Below are positions 10,183 through 22,519 of a stretch of 64,000 nucleotides of DNA, one piece after another. How positions within the stretch are numbered: the first letter of the stretch is position 1; each line of letters starts with the position of its first letter. The notes under the pieces were generated by a model, which saw only the letters and a program-made list of their open reading frames with translations, ran no database searches and was not told where the DNA came from. Source of the DNA: Macrostomum hystrix (lineage: Eukaryota; Animalia; Platyhelminthes). The translations under genes were made by a program, and so were the position numbers. The stretch covers positions 744,001-808,000 of the forward strand of contig CATNEN010000030.1 in assembly GCA_950097015.1 (NCBI GenBank), in the 5' to 3' direction.

Positions 10183-11221
10183 ATGTTCCAGCTAGTTGTG
10201 CAGTCGGCGAACTGCACTCTGCCCTACTCGGAGAACGCTAGCCAGTGGCTGGCGCAGCCGCCGTCCGATCTGACTATGGCCGCCATGAAGTGCGCCTTCG
10301 CAGTTCTGGGCTTAGCCAATCTGGTGCTGAACAGCCTGTCTCTGCTGGTGTTCCTCTGCCACCGCCAGAAGGAGTCCATCATCCGGCTGCTGCTGCTCAT
10401 GCTATCCAGCACGGAGGTGATAGCCAATTTCGGCATGACCAGCGTGGCCGTCGCCCGCCTGGTGCTCGAGGTGGCTCCCCGTCGAGTCACGTACTCATCG
10501 GACGAAGCCGCCAGGCACCTCATCCGCTACCTGACTGTCACCTGGGTCCTGGCTAACGCCTTCTTACTGGCCCGCAACTGGTGCGTCGTCCTCATCGCCG
10601 TCAGCCGATGCGAGGCCGTCGTGCGGCCCTTCTCTCGCAACACTGGCCGCTGCTGTGGCAACCGCACAGTCGCCAGCACCTTCGCCTGCATTGTGCTGCT
10701 CGGCCTAGCCTTCGGCATACCCAAGGCGTTCCAGGAGCGCTACGTCTACTGCGTCCAGACTCACAACATCTACGCCAAAGTGTCGGTATTTCCATTCCGT
10801 TGGTACGACCAGTTCTACCTGGGCTCAATGTTCTTCCAGGCCGTACTGCCTGTCATTCTAGTCAGTGTGGCCTCTATTGCCATGACGATCGGCCTGCGCC
10901 GCCATCGCAGCATGGGCGTAGGCGGCAGTCAGACGCACATGAAGGCCACGCGGATGGTCCAGCTGCTGCTGTTGGTGTTTGTCTGCATGGAGATGCCCAT
11001 GTTTCTCACCGTTCTCATTGGCGTGATGGTGCCAGACGATAGCCAGGCGTGGGACAGCTTCATGAAGTACTCCGTTGAGCTCGCCAACCTGTGCATCAAT
11101 CTGGACTCCACCTGCAATTTCATCGTGTACATGAAAACTAACAGCGCCTTTCGAGCCGTCATTCTACGCCGGCGCCGGCACCAGAAGATTCTGACTAGCG
11201 GCATCTGCGCCGGTGGACACG

Positions 11222-11262
<41 letters not shown>

Positions 11263-11445
11263 AGGCGAGGCTGTGAGCCACTGCTACGGCCTACAGCAAC
11301 AGTACTCACAGCTAGGGACTCAGAGGGTAGCACTTCAGGTCACCAGCTGCGTTTAACTGGCTGTTCTAGACCAGCTTCTCACCTGGAAACATCAAATAGG
11401 ACTTTCTCTTCACCTGATCCTGACTACTCGCATAGTTCGCATTGA
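10183..11445 (+). CDS. Intronless rhodopsin-class (class A) GPCR, peptide-receptor-like (FMRFamide/sex-peptide receptor group)
   Basis: Seven hydrophobic segments; N-glycosylation sequons NCT and NAS; AVSRC at the DRY position; LP in TM5; EMP in TM6; NFIVY at NPxxY; (GGC)n poly-Gly in the C-tail. Confidence 0.88.
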
Positions 11446-12467
11446 TTGCTGCCTTGGAACACCAGGGAATTAAATAGTGGACTCCTTTTTCCTAGAATCG
11501 GCAGTTGTGCCAAAGAATGCCTTTTTCACATCCAGCGGCCTCCCAAATGCGAATACAGCATGGGAGATCTGCCGCAGCCGCTGCAGGCAACTGACGCAGG
11601 CTTGTCACCTCTCGCCTCCTACTCGGACCAACCAGCACATCCACCTTCACCCAACCCCCAGTCTGCGGTCCAGTCTCTCTCGCTTCATCCTTCAATCCAA
11701 TAAGCCGAACGGCATATCCTCCATCATTGTATTCAACCCCGCATTCCGCATCTAACAGTGTGCGGGTATAAGAGAACCCCACATTTGTTTGGACATTGTG
11801 AGCGAAAAGCGGCAGCGAAAGACGAGACAGAGAAAAACAGCAACGACTGCAGCAGCAGCAGCAGCAGCAACAGACGCAGCAGGGATATAAACACAAGTTA
11901 AATGGAGGGGTTGAACTGCACAGACTTGACCGCGGCCGTCTCCTTACCTTTTCCTCGTTCTCCGCTCCCGTGCAGTACTTCAGTTGCTGACTCTTTGCAC
12001 TTGGCATATCTCTCCACTCTCTGGTAGCTCGTATGATTGGAGCTCAAAATGAGCTGTATTTAGATAGAATTAATTTTCTGTGTCAGTCAACTCGGATCCC
12101 GCAGAAAATGCCTTCATTCCCAAGCCACTGGCGCCCTTCCTGAGTCCCGTGGCGTTCAACAATAGAATTAGAAAAACATTCGTCTTGTTCTTCACACTTT
12201 TGTAGTCAGCTACCAGCGACCTGCGAGATATGTTAAAAATTTCAGTAATATATCGATTGTTTCTATAGATTAATTCGTTGTGTCTGCTGTGTATTTATTC
12301 ATCTATTATTTTGTCACCTTGTACTTTGTGTACGATGTAACCAAGTTAATCGAAATTAATTGACAATTTGTTAAATTAAAGTAAGACAACAATTACATAA
12401 TACTCGTATTTATGTTTATTGATATAAAAATGCCGATTTTTAACGATAAGCACTCCAGAAAAGCAAT

Positions 12468-12836
12468 GGTAAGTGGCAGAGTGGTCTAACGCGTTTGCCT
12501 CTCGTGCCAAGGTCCCTAAGTTCGATTCCGCGGCGAGGCCACATTCATTTGGGGAGCAGCCGCGCAGAGAAGGCTTGGAGGCTTGTCGTGCAATTTACGC
12601 CCTTGAGGGCCAACCTCCAAGGCACAGTGAAGTGTACACTGCCTGACGATGAGAAAGTCAGGGCAGATGTACACACCTGTGTGAGTGTGTGCCTGCATAC
12701 GTATCTGTGTGCTTGCGTGTCAGCGAAATGGGCAGAATTGCCTCCTCGCAGGCTGCTTGTCCAGCGTCTCAAATAGTGTACCATTGCCCGCAGCCCTCCT
12801 GCAATAATAATAGTAATTATAAATATTATTATTATG
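12468..12836 (+). mobile_element. tRNA-derived SINE family A, most complete copy
   Basis: Box A TGGCAGAGTGG, box B GTTCGATTCC, conserved body with hairpin, (TG)-rich segment and AAT/ATT tail; four more copies in the window. Confidence 0.88.
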
Positions 12837-13539
12837 ACAGTCGCATAAATTATCGAACTTTAAATGTGTTTTCTACAAAGCTTAACTATCAGGACTGTAT
12901 AATTTACTTCCATTATAAAAGGCATCTGTCATAGTAATTCATAAACTGTAGAACAGAACCTATAAATATTGAACACTTTAGGGAATATTCAGTCTACATG
13001 CAGTCTACAATGTCCTACTAAAATGGGGCAGGTAATTGCGCAGCGGGAAAAGTAAAAAAATGTCTTCTTAAAAAACACTTGATTCGATAAACCTAAGTAC
13101 TTCAGTACTGCGTCGAGTCCTGAATTCCATCCAGATGATCGACTGCCGATAACACGGTGTGCTTAATTGATATCGTGTCACATCGATTTTGAAATGACCA
13201 AAAACATTTTTAGGGAAATCAAATAACTGAGTATGCATTCTATGATAGTTAGTTAAAAGCAATGGTCAGAATCAAGCACAAAGATTCTGGCGTCTAGAAT
13301 TTCAGAGAAATTTCACTAAAACAGAAAAATTCACTGATTCATTTTGAGATAGGAAAAAATGCAATGGACAAAATAGGTAATCAAGAAGTACTTTAAATGA
13401 TAATCTTAGGCCGACCAGTGTGATGCGGAGTTTAATATGAGAGAGAAGGGAGTGTAATTTCAATGTGCGAGAATGAGATCTGCAATATGAAGGTGACAGA
13501 GGTAGAAAGGTGCTTTGGCGACGAGAGGGTGATGTGTGA

Positions 13540-15030
13540 TTTTGAGGGTGAGGGTGTGAGAAGTGTGATTTGGAGTGAGGGTGTCAGAAGTGTGATTTGG
13601 AGTGAGGGTGTGAGAAGTGTGATTTGGAGTGAGGGTGTCAGAAGTGTGATTTGGAGTGAGGGTGTCGGAAGTGTGATTTGGAGTGAGGGTGTCAGAAGTG
13701 TGATTTGGGGTGAGAGTGTGAGATGTGTGATTCGGGGTGAGAGTGTGAGAAGTGTGATTCGGGGTGAGAGTGTGAAATGTGTGATTCGGGGTGAGAGTGT
13801 GAGATGTGTGATTCGGGGTGAGAGTGTGAGATGTGTGATTCGGGGTGAGAGTGTGAGATGTGTGATTCGGGGTGAGAGTGTGAGATTTGTGATTCAGGGT
13901 GAGAGTGTGAGATGTGTGATTCGGGGTGAGAGTGTGAGATGTGTGATTCGGGGTGAGAGTGTGAGAAGTGTGATTCGGGGTGAGAGTGTGAGATGTGTGA
14001 TTCGGGGTGAGAGTGTGAGATGTGTGATTCGGGGTGAGAGTGTGAGAAGTGTGATTCGGGGTGAGGGTGTGAGAAGTGTGATTCGGGGTGAGAGTGTGAG
14101 AAGTGTGATTCGGGGTGAGGGTGAGAAGTGTGATTCGGGGTGAGGGTGTCAGAAGTGTGATTTGGGGTAAGAGTGTGAGATGTGTGATTCGGGGTGAGAG
14201 TGTGAGGAGTGGATTTGGGGTGAGAGTGTGAGATTTGTGATTCAGGGTGAGAGTGTGAGAAGTGTGATTCGGGGTGAGAGTGTGAGATGTGTGATTCGGG
14301 GTGAGAGTGTGAGAAGTGTGATTCGGGGTGAGAGTGTGAGAAGTGTGATTCGGGGTGAGAGTGTGAGAAGTGTGATTCGGGGTGAGAGTGTGAGATGTGT
14401 GATTCGGGGTGAGAGTGTCAGATGTGTGATTCGGGGTGAGAGTGTGAGAAGTGTGATTCGGGGTGAGAGTGTGAGATGTGTGATTCGGGGTGAGAGTGTG
14501 AGAAGTGTGATTCGGGGTGAGAGTGTGAGATGTGTGATTCGGGGTGAGAGTGTCAGATGTGTGATTCGGGGTGAGAGTGTGAGAAGTGTGATTCTGGGTG
14601 AGAGTGTGAGATGTGTGATTCGGGGTGAGAGTGTGAGATGTGTGATTCGGGGTGAGAGTGTGAGAAGTGTGATTCGGGGTGAGAGTGTGAGAAGTGTGAT
14701 TCGGGGTGAGAGTGTCAGATGTGTGATTCGGGGTGAGAGTGTGAGAAGTGTGATTCTGGGTGAGAGTGTGAGATGTGTGATTCGGGGTGAGAGTGTGAGA
14801 TGTGTGATTCGGGGTGAGAGTGTGAGAAGTGTGATTCGGGGTGAGAGTGTGAGAAGTGTGATTCGGGGTGAGAGTGTGAGAAGTGTGATTGTGGGTGAGG
14901 GTGTGAGAAGTGTGATTCGGGGTGAGAGTGTGAGAAGTGTGATTCGGGGTGAGGGTGAGAAGTGTGATTTGGAGTGAGGGTGTGAGATGTGTGATTCGGG
15001 GTGAGAGTGTGAGATGTGTGATTCGGGATG
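13540..15030. repeat. 27-bp minisatellite (GTGTGATTCGGGGTGAGAGTGTGAGAT)
   Basis: Tandem units; source of the SVIRGESVR ORFs. Confidence 0.95.
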
Positions 15031-16455
15031 AGAGAAAGAGGAGTGTGATTTGGAGGTGAGAGAAAGAGGAGTGTCATTTGGAGGTGAGAGAAAGAGGAGT
15101 GTGATTTGGAGGTGAGAGAAAGAGGAGTGTCATTTGGAGGTGAGAGAAAGAGGAGTGTGATTTGGAGGTGAGAGAAAGAGGAGTGTGATTTGGAGGTGAG
15201 AGAAAGAGGAGTGTCATTTGGAGGTGAGAGAAAGAGGAGTGTGATTTGGAGGTGAGAGAAAGAGGAGTCTGATTTGGAGGTGAGAGCAAGAGGAGTGTCA
15301 TTTGAATGTGAGAGAAAGAGGAGTGTGATTTGGAGGTGAGAGAAAGAGGAGTGTGATTTGGAGGTGAGAGAAAGAGGAGTGTCATTTGGAGGTGAGAGAA
15401 AGAGGAGTGTGATTTGGAGGTGAGAGAAAGAGGAGTGTCATTTGGAGGTGAGAGAAAGAGGAGTGTGATTTGGAGGTGAGAGCAAGAGGAGTGTCATTTG
15501 AATGTGAGAGAAAGAGGAGTGTGATTTGGAGGTGAGAGAAAGAGGAGTGTCATTTGGAGGTGAGAGAAAGAGGAGTGTGATTTGGAGGTGAGAGAAAGAG
15601 GAGTGTCATTTGGAGGTGAGAGAAAGAGGAGTGTGATTTGGAGGTGAGAGAAAGAGGAGTGTGATTTGGAGGTGAGAGAAAGAGGAGTGTCATTTGGAGG
15701 TGAGAGAAAGAGGAGTGTGATTTGGAGGTGAGAGAAAGAGGAGTGTCATTTGGAGGTGAGAGAAAGAGGAGTGTGATTTGGAGGTGAGAGAAAGAGGAGA
15801 GTCATTTGGAGGTGAGAGAAAGAGGAGAGTCATTTGGAGGTGAGAGAAAGAGGAGCGTCATTTGAATGTGAGAGAAAGAGGAGTGTGATTTGGAGGTGAG
15901 AGAAAGAGGAGTGTCATTTGGAGGTGAGAGAAAGAGGAGTGTGATTTGGAGGTGAGAGAAAGAGGAGTGTGATTTGGAGGTGAGAGAAAGAGGAGTGTGA
16001 TTTGGAGGTGAGAGAAAGAGGAGTGTGATTTGGAGGTGAGAGAAAGAGGAGTGTGATTTGGAGGTGAGAGAAAGAGGAGTGTGATTTGGAGGTGAGAGAA
16101 AGAGGAGTCTGATTTGGAGGTGAGAGCAAGAGGAGTGTCATTTGGAGGTGAGAGAAAGAGGAGTGTCATTTGAATGTGAGAGAAAGAGGAGTGTGATTTG
16201 GAGGTGAGAGAAAGAGGAGTGTGATTTGGAGGTGAGAGAAAGAGGAGTGTGATTTGGAGGTGAGAGAAAGAGGAGTGTGATTTGGAGGTGAGAGAAAGAG
16301 GAGTGTGATTTGGAGGTGAGAGAAAGAGGAGTGTGATTTGGAGGTGAGAGAAAGAGGAGTGTGATTTGGAGGTGAGAGAAAGAGGAGTGTGATTTGGAGG
16401 TGAGAGAAAGAGGAGTGTGATTTGGAGGTGAGAGAAAGAGGAGTGTGATTCGGGG
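15030..16455. repeat. 28-bp minisatellite (GTGTGATTTGGAGGTGAGAGAAAGAGGA)
   Basis: Tandem units, contiguous with and related to the 27-bp array. Confidence 0.95.
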
Positions 16456-16814
16456 TGAGAGTGGGTGTGCTTTGAAGGCCTGACAGTCGGTGTTACAAAA
16501 AACTGAATATGAATCCAAAGTAAAAATAAGACTTAGCAGCACAGCCAATCGATTCGTTTCAAACAGCATTAACCTGTTCATTTTCTATCTCTCTATCCAA
16601 TTCTAGTTAGGGATATTTTCCTCATTAGCTTGGCACTGTTTTGACTAAGGAGATTAAGCATCTGTGAAATCTCGCCTGTTTCACATAGATGCTGGTGTTT
16701 TCTAAGTAAACACCTACAAATCTACAGCGTTTTGCCTCTTTTTGACGAGCAGCAGACAAGAAATTGAAATGTTCAGCAGAAGGGATGTGCACTTCATTGG
16801 CAAAAGCATTCTAT

Positions 16815-17035
16815 CGGTCTAATGCGTCCGACTCCACCCACCTGAGTTCCCTGGGCTCGAATCCGCGGCTAGGCCACAAACAACAAGGCACAATGAGAGT
16901 GTACACTGTCTGGCGATGAGAAAGTCAGTGCAGATGTACACACTCTGTGTTTGTACCCAGGAGTCAGAGAAATTGGTATAGAATTGCGTCCTCGCTGGTC
17001 ATGGCCCTGTCAACATTATTCTTGCTATTATTGTT
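16815..17035 (+). mobile_element. SINE family A, internally deleted copy
   Basis: GGTCTAATGCGT...CTCGAATCCGCGGCTAGGCCAC...GTGTACACTGTCTGGCGATGAGAAAGTCAGTGCAGATGTACAC. Confidence 0.75.
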
Positions 17036-17187
17036 AACTGTCCTATGTTTTTTAGATGCAATTTTGTAAATATAAATATGGTGTAAGGACAATTTTCTTG
17101 TGATTTTGTTTTGGTCCGGGTAGCAGCTGCAGAATGAGTTAATCCGCCTCCAGACCAACTCTAGCCTTCACAAATGTGAGCGTAGAT

Positions 17188-17289
17188 CTACTTATAGTTC
17201 GTAGCTTCAGTTTTAATCAGGGCTTTGCGCTTTTCGTTATTAAATATTCTCCTGGCCGCTTGGGCCAGATCGGATTTGAGAGCTTGAAG
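17188..17289 (-). CDS. Candidate terminal exon of an unidentified gene (LQALKSDLAQAARRIFNNEKRKALIKTEATNYK*)
   Basis: CAG acceptor after a T-rich tract, open helical-looking frame, phase-compatible with candidate exon 20066-20146; no homology recognised. Confidence 0.25.
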   Translation of the reverse strand, partial: LQALKSDLAQAARRIFNNEKRKALIKTEATNYK

Positions 17290-17357
17290 CTGATTCTTAA
17301 AAAGTCTAAGAAATTTTAGTAGGTTTGGGTTGTTAGACGAAGTTGTGGATTGTTTTT

Positions 17358-19998
17358 TTAGATGGGACTGTGGATTATTAGATGGGACTGTGGATTATTA
17401 GATAGGGTTGTGGATTATTAAATGGGGTTGTGGATTATTAGATGGGACTGTGGATTATTAGATGGGACTGTGGATTATTAGATGGGACTGTGGATTATTA
17501 GATGGGACTGTGGATTATTAGATGGGACTGGGGATTATTAGATGGGCTTGTGGATTATTAGATGGGTTTGTGGATTATTAGATGGGGTTGTGGATTATTA
17601 GAAGGGGTTGTGGATTATTAGATGGGGTTGTGGATTATTAGATGGGTTTGTGGATTATTAGATGGGGTTGTGGATTATTAGATGGGACTGTGGATTATTA
17701 GATGGGACTGTGGATTATTAGATGGGACTGTGGATTATTAGATGAGACTGTTGAATTTTAGATGGGACTGTGGATTATTAGATGGGACTGTCGATTATTA
17801 GATGGGACTGGGGATTATTAGATGGGACTGTGGATTATTAGATGGGTTGTGGATTATTAGATGGGGTTGTGGATTATTAGATGGGGTTGTGGATTATTAG
17901 ATGAGGTTGTGGATTATTAGATGAGGTTGTGGATTATTAGATGGGGTTGTGGATTATTAGATGAGGTTGTGGATTATTAGATGGAACTGTGGATTATTAG
18001 ATGGGTTTGTGGATTATTAGATGGGACTGTGGATTATTAGATGGGACTGTGGATTATTAGATGCGACTGTGGATTATTAGATGGGACTGGGGATTATTAG
18101 ATGGGACTGTGGATTATTAGATGGGTTGTGGATTATTAGATGGGGTTGTGGATTATTAGATGAGGTTGTGGATTATTAGATGGGTTTGTGGATTATTAGA
18201 TGGGTGTGTGGATTATTAGATGGGTTTGTGGATTATTAGATGGGGTTGTGGATTATTAGATGGGGTTGTGGATTATTAGATGGGGTTGTGGATTATTAGA
18301 TGGGGTTGTGGATTATTAGATGGGACTGTGGATTATTAGATGGGACTGTGGATTATTAGATGCGACTGTGGATTATTAGATGGGACTGTGGATTATTAGA
18401 TGGAACTGTGGATTATTAGATGGGACTGTGGATTATTAGATGGGACTGTGGATTATTAGATGGGACTGTGGATTATTAGATGGGACTGTGGATTATTAGA
18501 TAGGGTTGTGGATTATTAGATGGGGTTGTGGATTATTAGATGGGACTGTGGATTATTAGATGGGACTGTGGATTATTAGATGCGACTGTGGATTATTAGA
18601 TGGGACTGTGGATTATTAGATGGAACTGTGGATTATTAGATGGGACTGTGGATTATTAGATGGGACTGTGGATTATTAGATGGGACTGTGGATTATTAGA
18701 TGGGACTGTGGATTATTAGATAGGGTTGTGGATTATTAGATGGGGTTGTGGATTATTAGATGGGACTGTGGATTATTAGATGGGACTGTGGATTATTAGA
18801 TGGGACTGTGGATTATTAGATGGGACTGTGGATTATTAGATAGGGTTGTGGATTATTAGATGGGGTTGTGGATTATTAGATGGGGTTGTGGATTATTTAG
18901 ATGGGGACTGTGGATTATTAGATGGGACTTGTGGATTATTAGATGGGACTGTGGATTATTAGATGAGGTTGTGGATTATTAGATGGGACTGGGGATTATT
19001 AGATGGGACTGTGGATTATTAGATAAGACTGTTGAATTTTAGATGGGACTGTGGATTATTAGATGGGACTGTGGATTATTAGATGGGACTGGGGATTATT
19101 AGATGGGACTGTGGATTATTAGATGGGTTGTGGATTATTAGATGGGGTTGTGGATTATTAGAAGGGGTTGTGGATTATTAGATGAGGTTGTGGATTATTA
19201 GATGGGGTTGTGGATTATTAGATGGGGTTCTGGATTATTAGATGGGGTTGTGGATTATTAGATGGGGATTGTGGATTATTAGATGGGGATTGTGGATTAT
19301 TAGATGCGACTGTGGATTATTAGATGGGACTGTGGATTATTAGATGGAACTGTGGATTATTAGATGGGACTGTGGATTATTAGATGGGACTGTGGATTAT
19401 TAGATGGGACTGTGGATTATTAGATGGGACTGTGGATTATTAGATAGGGTTGTGGATTATTAGATGGGGTTGTGGATTATTAGATGGGACTGTGGATTAT
19501 TAGATGGGACTGTGGATTATTAGATGGGACTGTGGATTATTAGATGCGACTGTGGATTATTAGATGGGACTGGGGATTATTAGATGGGACTGTGGATTAT
19601 TAGATGGGTTGTGGATTATTAGATGGGGTTGTGGATTATTAGATGGGGTTGTGGATTATTTGATGGGACTGTGGATTATTAGATGGGACTGTGGATTATT
19701 AGATGGGACTGTGGATTATTAGATGAGGTTGTGGATTATTAGATGGGACTGTGGATTATTAGATGGGACTGTGGATTATTAGATGAGACTGTTGAATTTT
19801 AGATGGGACTGTGGATTATTAGATGGGACTGTGGATTATTAGATCGGACTGGGGATTATTAGATGGGGTTGTGGATTATTAGAAGGGGTTGTGGATTATT
19901 AGATGGGGTTCTGGATTATTAGATGGGGTTGTGGATTATTAGATGGGGTTGTGGATTATTAGATGGGGTTGTGGATTATTAGATGGGTTTGTGGATTG
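17358..19998. repeat. 20-bp minisatellite (GATGGGACTGTGGATTATTA)
   Basis: Tandem units with GGGACT/GGGGTT variants. Confidence 0.95.
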
Positions 19999-20065
19999 TT
20001 TGAAAAGGTTGTGGTGGTTGCGGTGAGACTATTCGACAATGCAGGAAGATTTAAATTAATCGTAC

Positions 20066-20146
20066 AGTCTTATTAAGCTTCTTGTGAATAGTTCTTGCAG
20101 CTTCAATAAGCTGAGGACGATTTTGTAGGCTAGGATTGAGACGAGC
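20066..20146 (-). CDS. Candidate 81-nt exon (ARLNPSLQNRPQLIEAARTIHKKLNKT)
   Basis: CCTTTTCAG acceptor, GTACGA donor, open in two frames; unverified. Confidence 0.25.
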
Positions 20147-20384
20147 CTGAAAAGGTTAATGAGTGGGTTTGATGAGTTTGCTGATTTTAATTACAGCTTT
20201 GCTAGTCGAGTCTTCAGATAGAAACTTGAAGCAAATTGATCGGAGTTTGCACATTCAGAGTGAAGATTTTCAACCTGTCAATCATGGGGTCATTGCTCTT
20301 AATTACCATTAAAAGAACATGAAAGCGCTGCACTTTGTCTTAGCGAATAGAGAAAAAATAAACTTTTACACTAAAGTCTTAGGC

Positions 20385-21230
20385 GGAAGGGTCCGTGTGC
20401 CTGAAGCGGAGGGGTCAATGTGTCTGAAGCGGATGGGTCAGTGTGCCTGAAGCGGAGGGGTCAATGTGTCTGAAGCGGATGGGTCAGTGTGCCTGAAGCG
20501 GAGGGGTCAGTGTGCCTGACGCGGAGGGGTCAGTGTGCCTTAAGCGGAGTGGTCAGTTGTGCCTGAAGCGGAGGGGTCAGTGTGCCTGAAGCGGAGGGGT
20601 CAATGTGTCTGACGCGGAGGGGTCAGTGTGCCTTAAGCGGAGTGGTCAGTTGTGCCTGACGCGGAGGGGTCAGTGTGCCTTAAGCGGAGTGGTCAGTTGT
20701 GCCTGAAGCGGAGTGGTCAGTGTGCCTGAAGCGGAGTGGTCAGTGTGCCTGAAGCGGAGTGGTCAGTGTGCCTGAAGCGGAGGGGTCAGTGTGTCTGAAG
20801 CGGAGGGGTCAATGTGTCTGAAGCGGATGGGTCAGTGTGCCTGAAGCGGAGGGGTCAGTGTGCCTGACGCGGAGGGGCCAGTGTGCCTTAAGCGGAGTGG
20901 TCAGTTGTGCCTGAAGCGGAGGGGTCAGTGTGCCTGAAGCGGAGGGGTCAGTGTGCCTGACGCGGAGGGGTCAGTGTGCCTTAAGCGGAGTGGTCAGTTG
21001 TGCCTGAAGCGGAGTGGTCAGTGTGCCTGAAGCGGAGTGGTCAGTGTGCCTGAAGCGGAGGGATCAGTGTTCCTGAAGCGGAGGGGTCAATGTGTCTGAA
21101 GCGGAGGGGTCAGTGTGCCTGAAGCGGAGGGGTCAATGTGTCTGAAGCGGAGGGGTCAGTGTGCCTGAAGCGGAGGGGTCAGTGTGCCTGAAGCGGAGGG
21201 GTCAGTGTGCCTGAAGCGGAGGGGTCAGTG
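20385..21230. repeat. 23-bp minisatellite (GCCTGAAGCGGAGGGGTCAGTGT)
   Basis: Tandem units. Confidence 0.95.
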
Positions 21231-21504
21231 TGCTCCTTTCCTATAAGGACAGAAAAAAAATTGATAAAATTATATTTTCGGATTTCGCCAGCAATTTCTG
21301 CAGCTTCTGTAGGCCTTTGTCAAACGTGATGCATCGCTATTTCGTGTCTGTGTTTGTTTTTTGTGTGGCAGTTGCCAACCCGAAATTGTTTTGTCAGTTT
21401 GTCACCAGCGTTATCTTCTCGCGGCCCTCAACAGCTCTTGGACATTAATTAAAAGCTTCGACTAAGAATTTTGCGACAACTGGTACAGCAACGCTAGATT
21501 GGCT

Positions 21505-22030
21505 AGATTCTTTGTACAAGAACTCGTTGATTCTTTGTACAAGAACTCGTTGATTCTTTGTACAAGAACTCGTTGATTCTTTGTACAAGAACTCGTTGAT
21601 TCTTTGTACAAGAACTCGTTGATTCTTTGTACAAGAACTCGTTGATTCTTTGTACAAGAACTCATTGATTCACTGTACAAGAACTCATTGATTCTTTTAC
21701 CAGAACTCATTGATTCTTTGTACAAGAACTCGTTGATTCTTTGTACAAGAACTCGTTGATTCTTTTACCAGAACTCATTGATTCTTTGTACAAGAACTCG
21801 TTGATTCTTTGTACAAGAACTCGTTGATTCTTTGTACAAGAACTCGTTGATTCTTTGTACAAGAACTCATTGATTCACTGTACAAGAACTCGTTGATTCA
21901 TTGTACAAGAACTCGTTGATTCTTTGTACAAGAACTCGTTGATTCTTTGTACAAGAACTCGTTGATTCTTTGTACAAGAACTCGTTGATTCTTTGTACAA
22001 GAACTCGTTGATTCTTTTACCAGAACTCTT
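21505..22030. repeat. 23-bp minisatellite (GATTCTTTGTACAAGAACTCGTT), near-palindromic core
   Basis: Tandem units. Confidence 0.95.
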
Positions 22031-22519
22031 TTATTCTCTGCACAAATCCTCATTGGCTAGAAAGATTATTCTATAAAAAAGAGAGTGCAAATATGGGCAA
22101 AATAAAGTCTTTAAACCGTAAACAACCAGACCTTCATGGCCAAGTTCAAACAGCAAGAGTATCAGTGCTCATTGTATACTGCTAATCACGAACCAGGCCG
22201 TATAACTCTAAGCCATGCAGCATTCAGCAAGGCCAAAAGACGGGGATGAAGTGACCAGCCAGTCAAACGATTTGCTATAATTGCAAAACAGTCCATTTGA
22301 TGCGACTCGCTGGAATAATAGCCTGGCCTCAAGTCTTTGAGACACCCAAAGCCAAGAGAATATTGGGCACTAGTTAAGCGATGGGAAATGTCAGAACTCA
22401 TCAGCCTACTTATCGATTCCAATGAGCAGGAAAACTGCGGCTTACTCTCAGAGCACCAATAAGTTTTATAAGAAATGCGCATGTAACACTCTTATTATGT
22501 CTCCTGACAATCTTCATGT

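Noticed and set aside
10224-11333. Overlapping and antisense ORFs within the GPCR, and similarly within MED13 exons
   Set aside because: These are expected shadows of GC-rich coding sequence with no motifs of their own.
12468-12545. tRNA gene (also 690-762, 44716-44760, 45842-45905)
   Set aside because: Boxes A and B are present but acceptor and anticodon stems are imperfect, the anticodon differs between copies, and each is fused to a repeated body and tail; these are SINE heads.
17358-19998. Telomeric or interstitial telomere repeat
   Set aside because: The array is G-rich but the unit is 20 bp and contains no TTAGGG runs.
22130-22500. Possible LINE ORF2 relic (GLKSLRHPKPREYWALVKR)
   Set aside because: Only a faint resemblance to the APE-RT linker; too short and interrupted to support a call.
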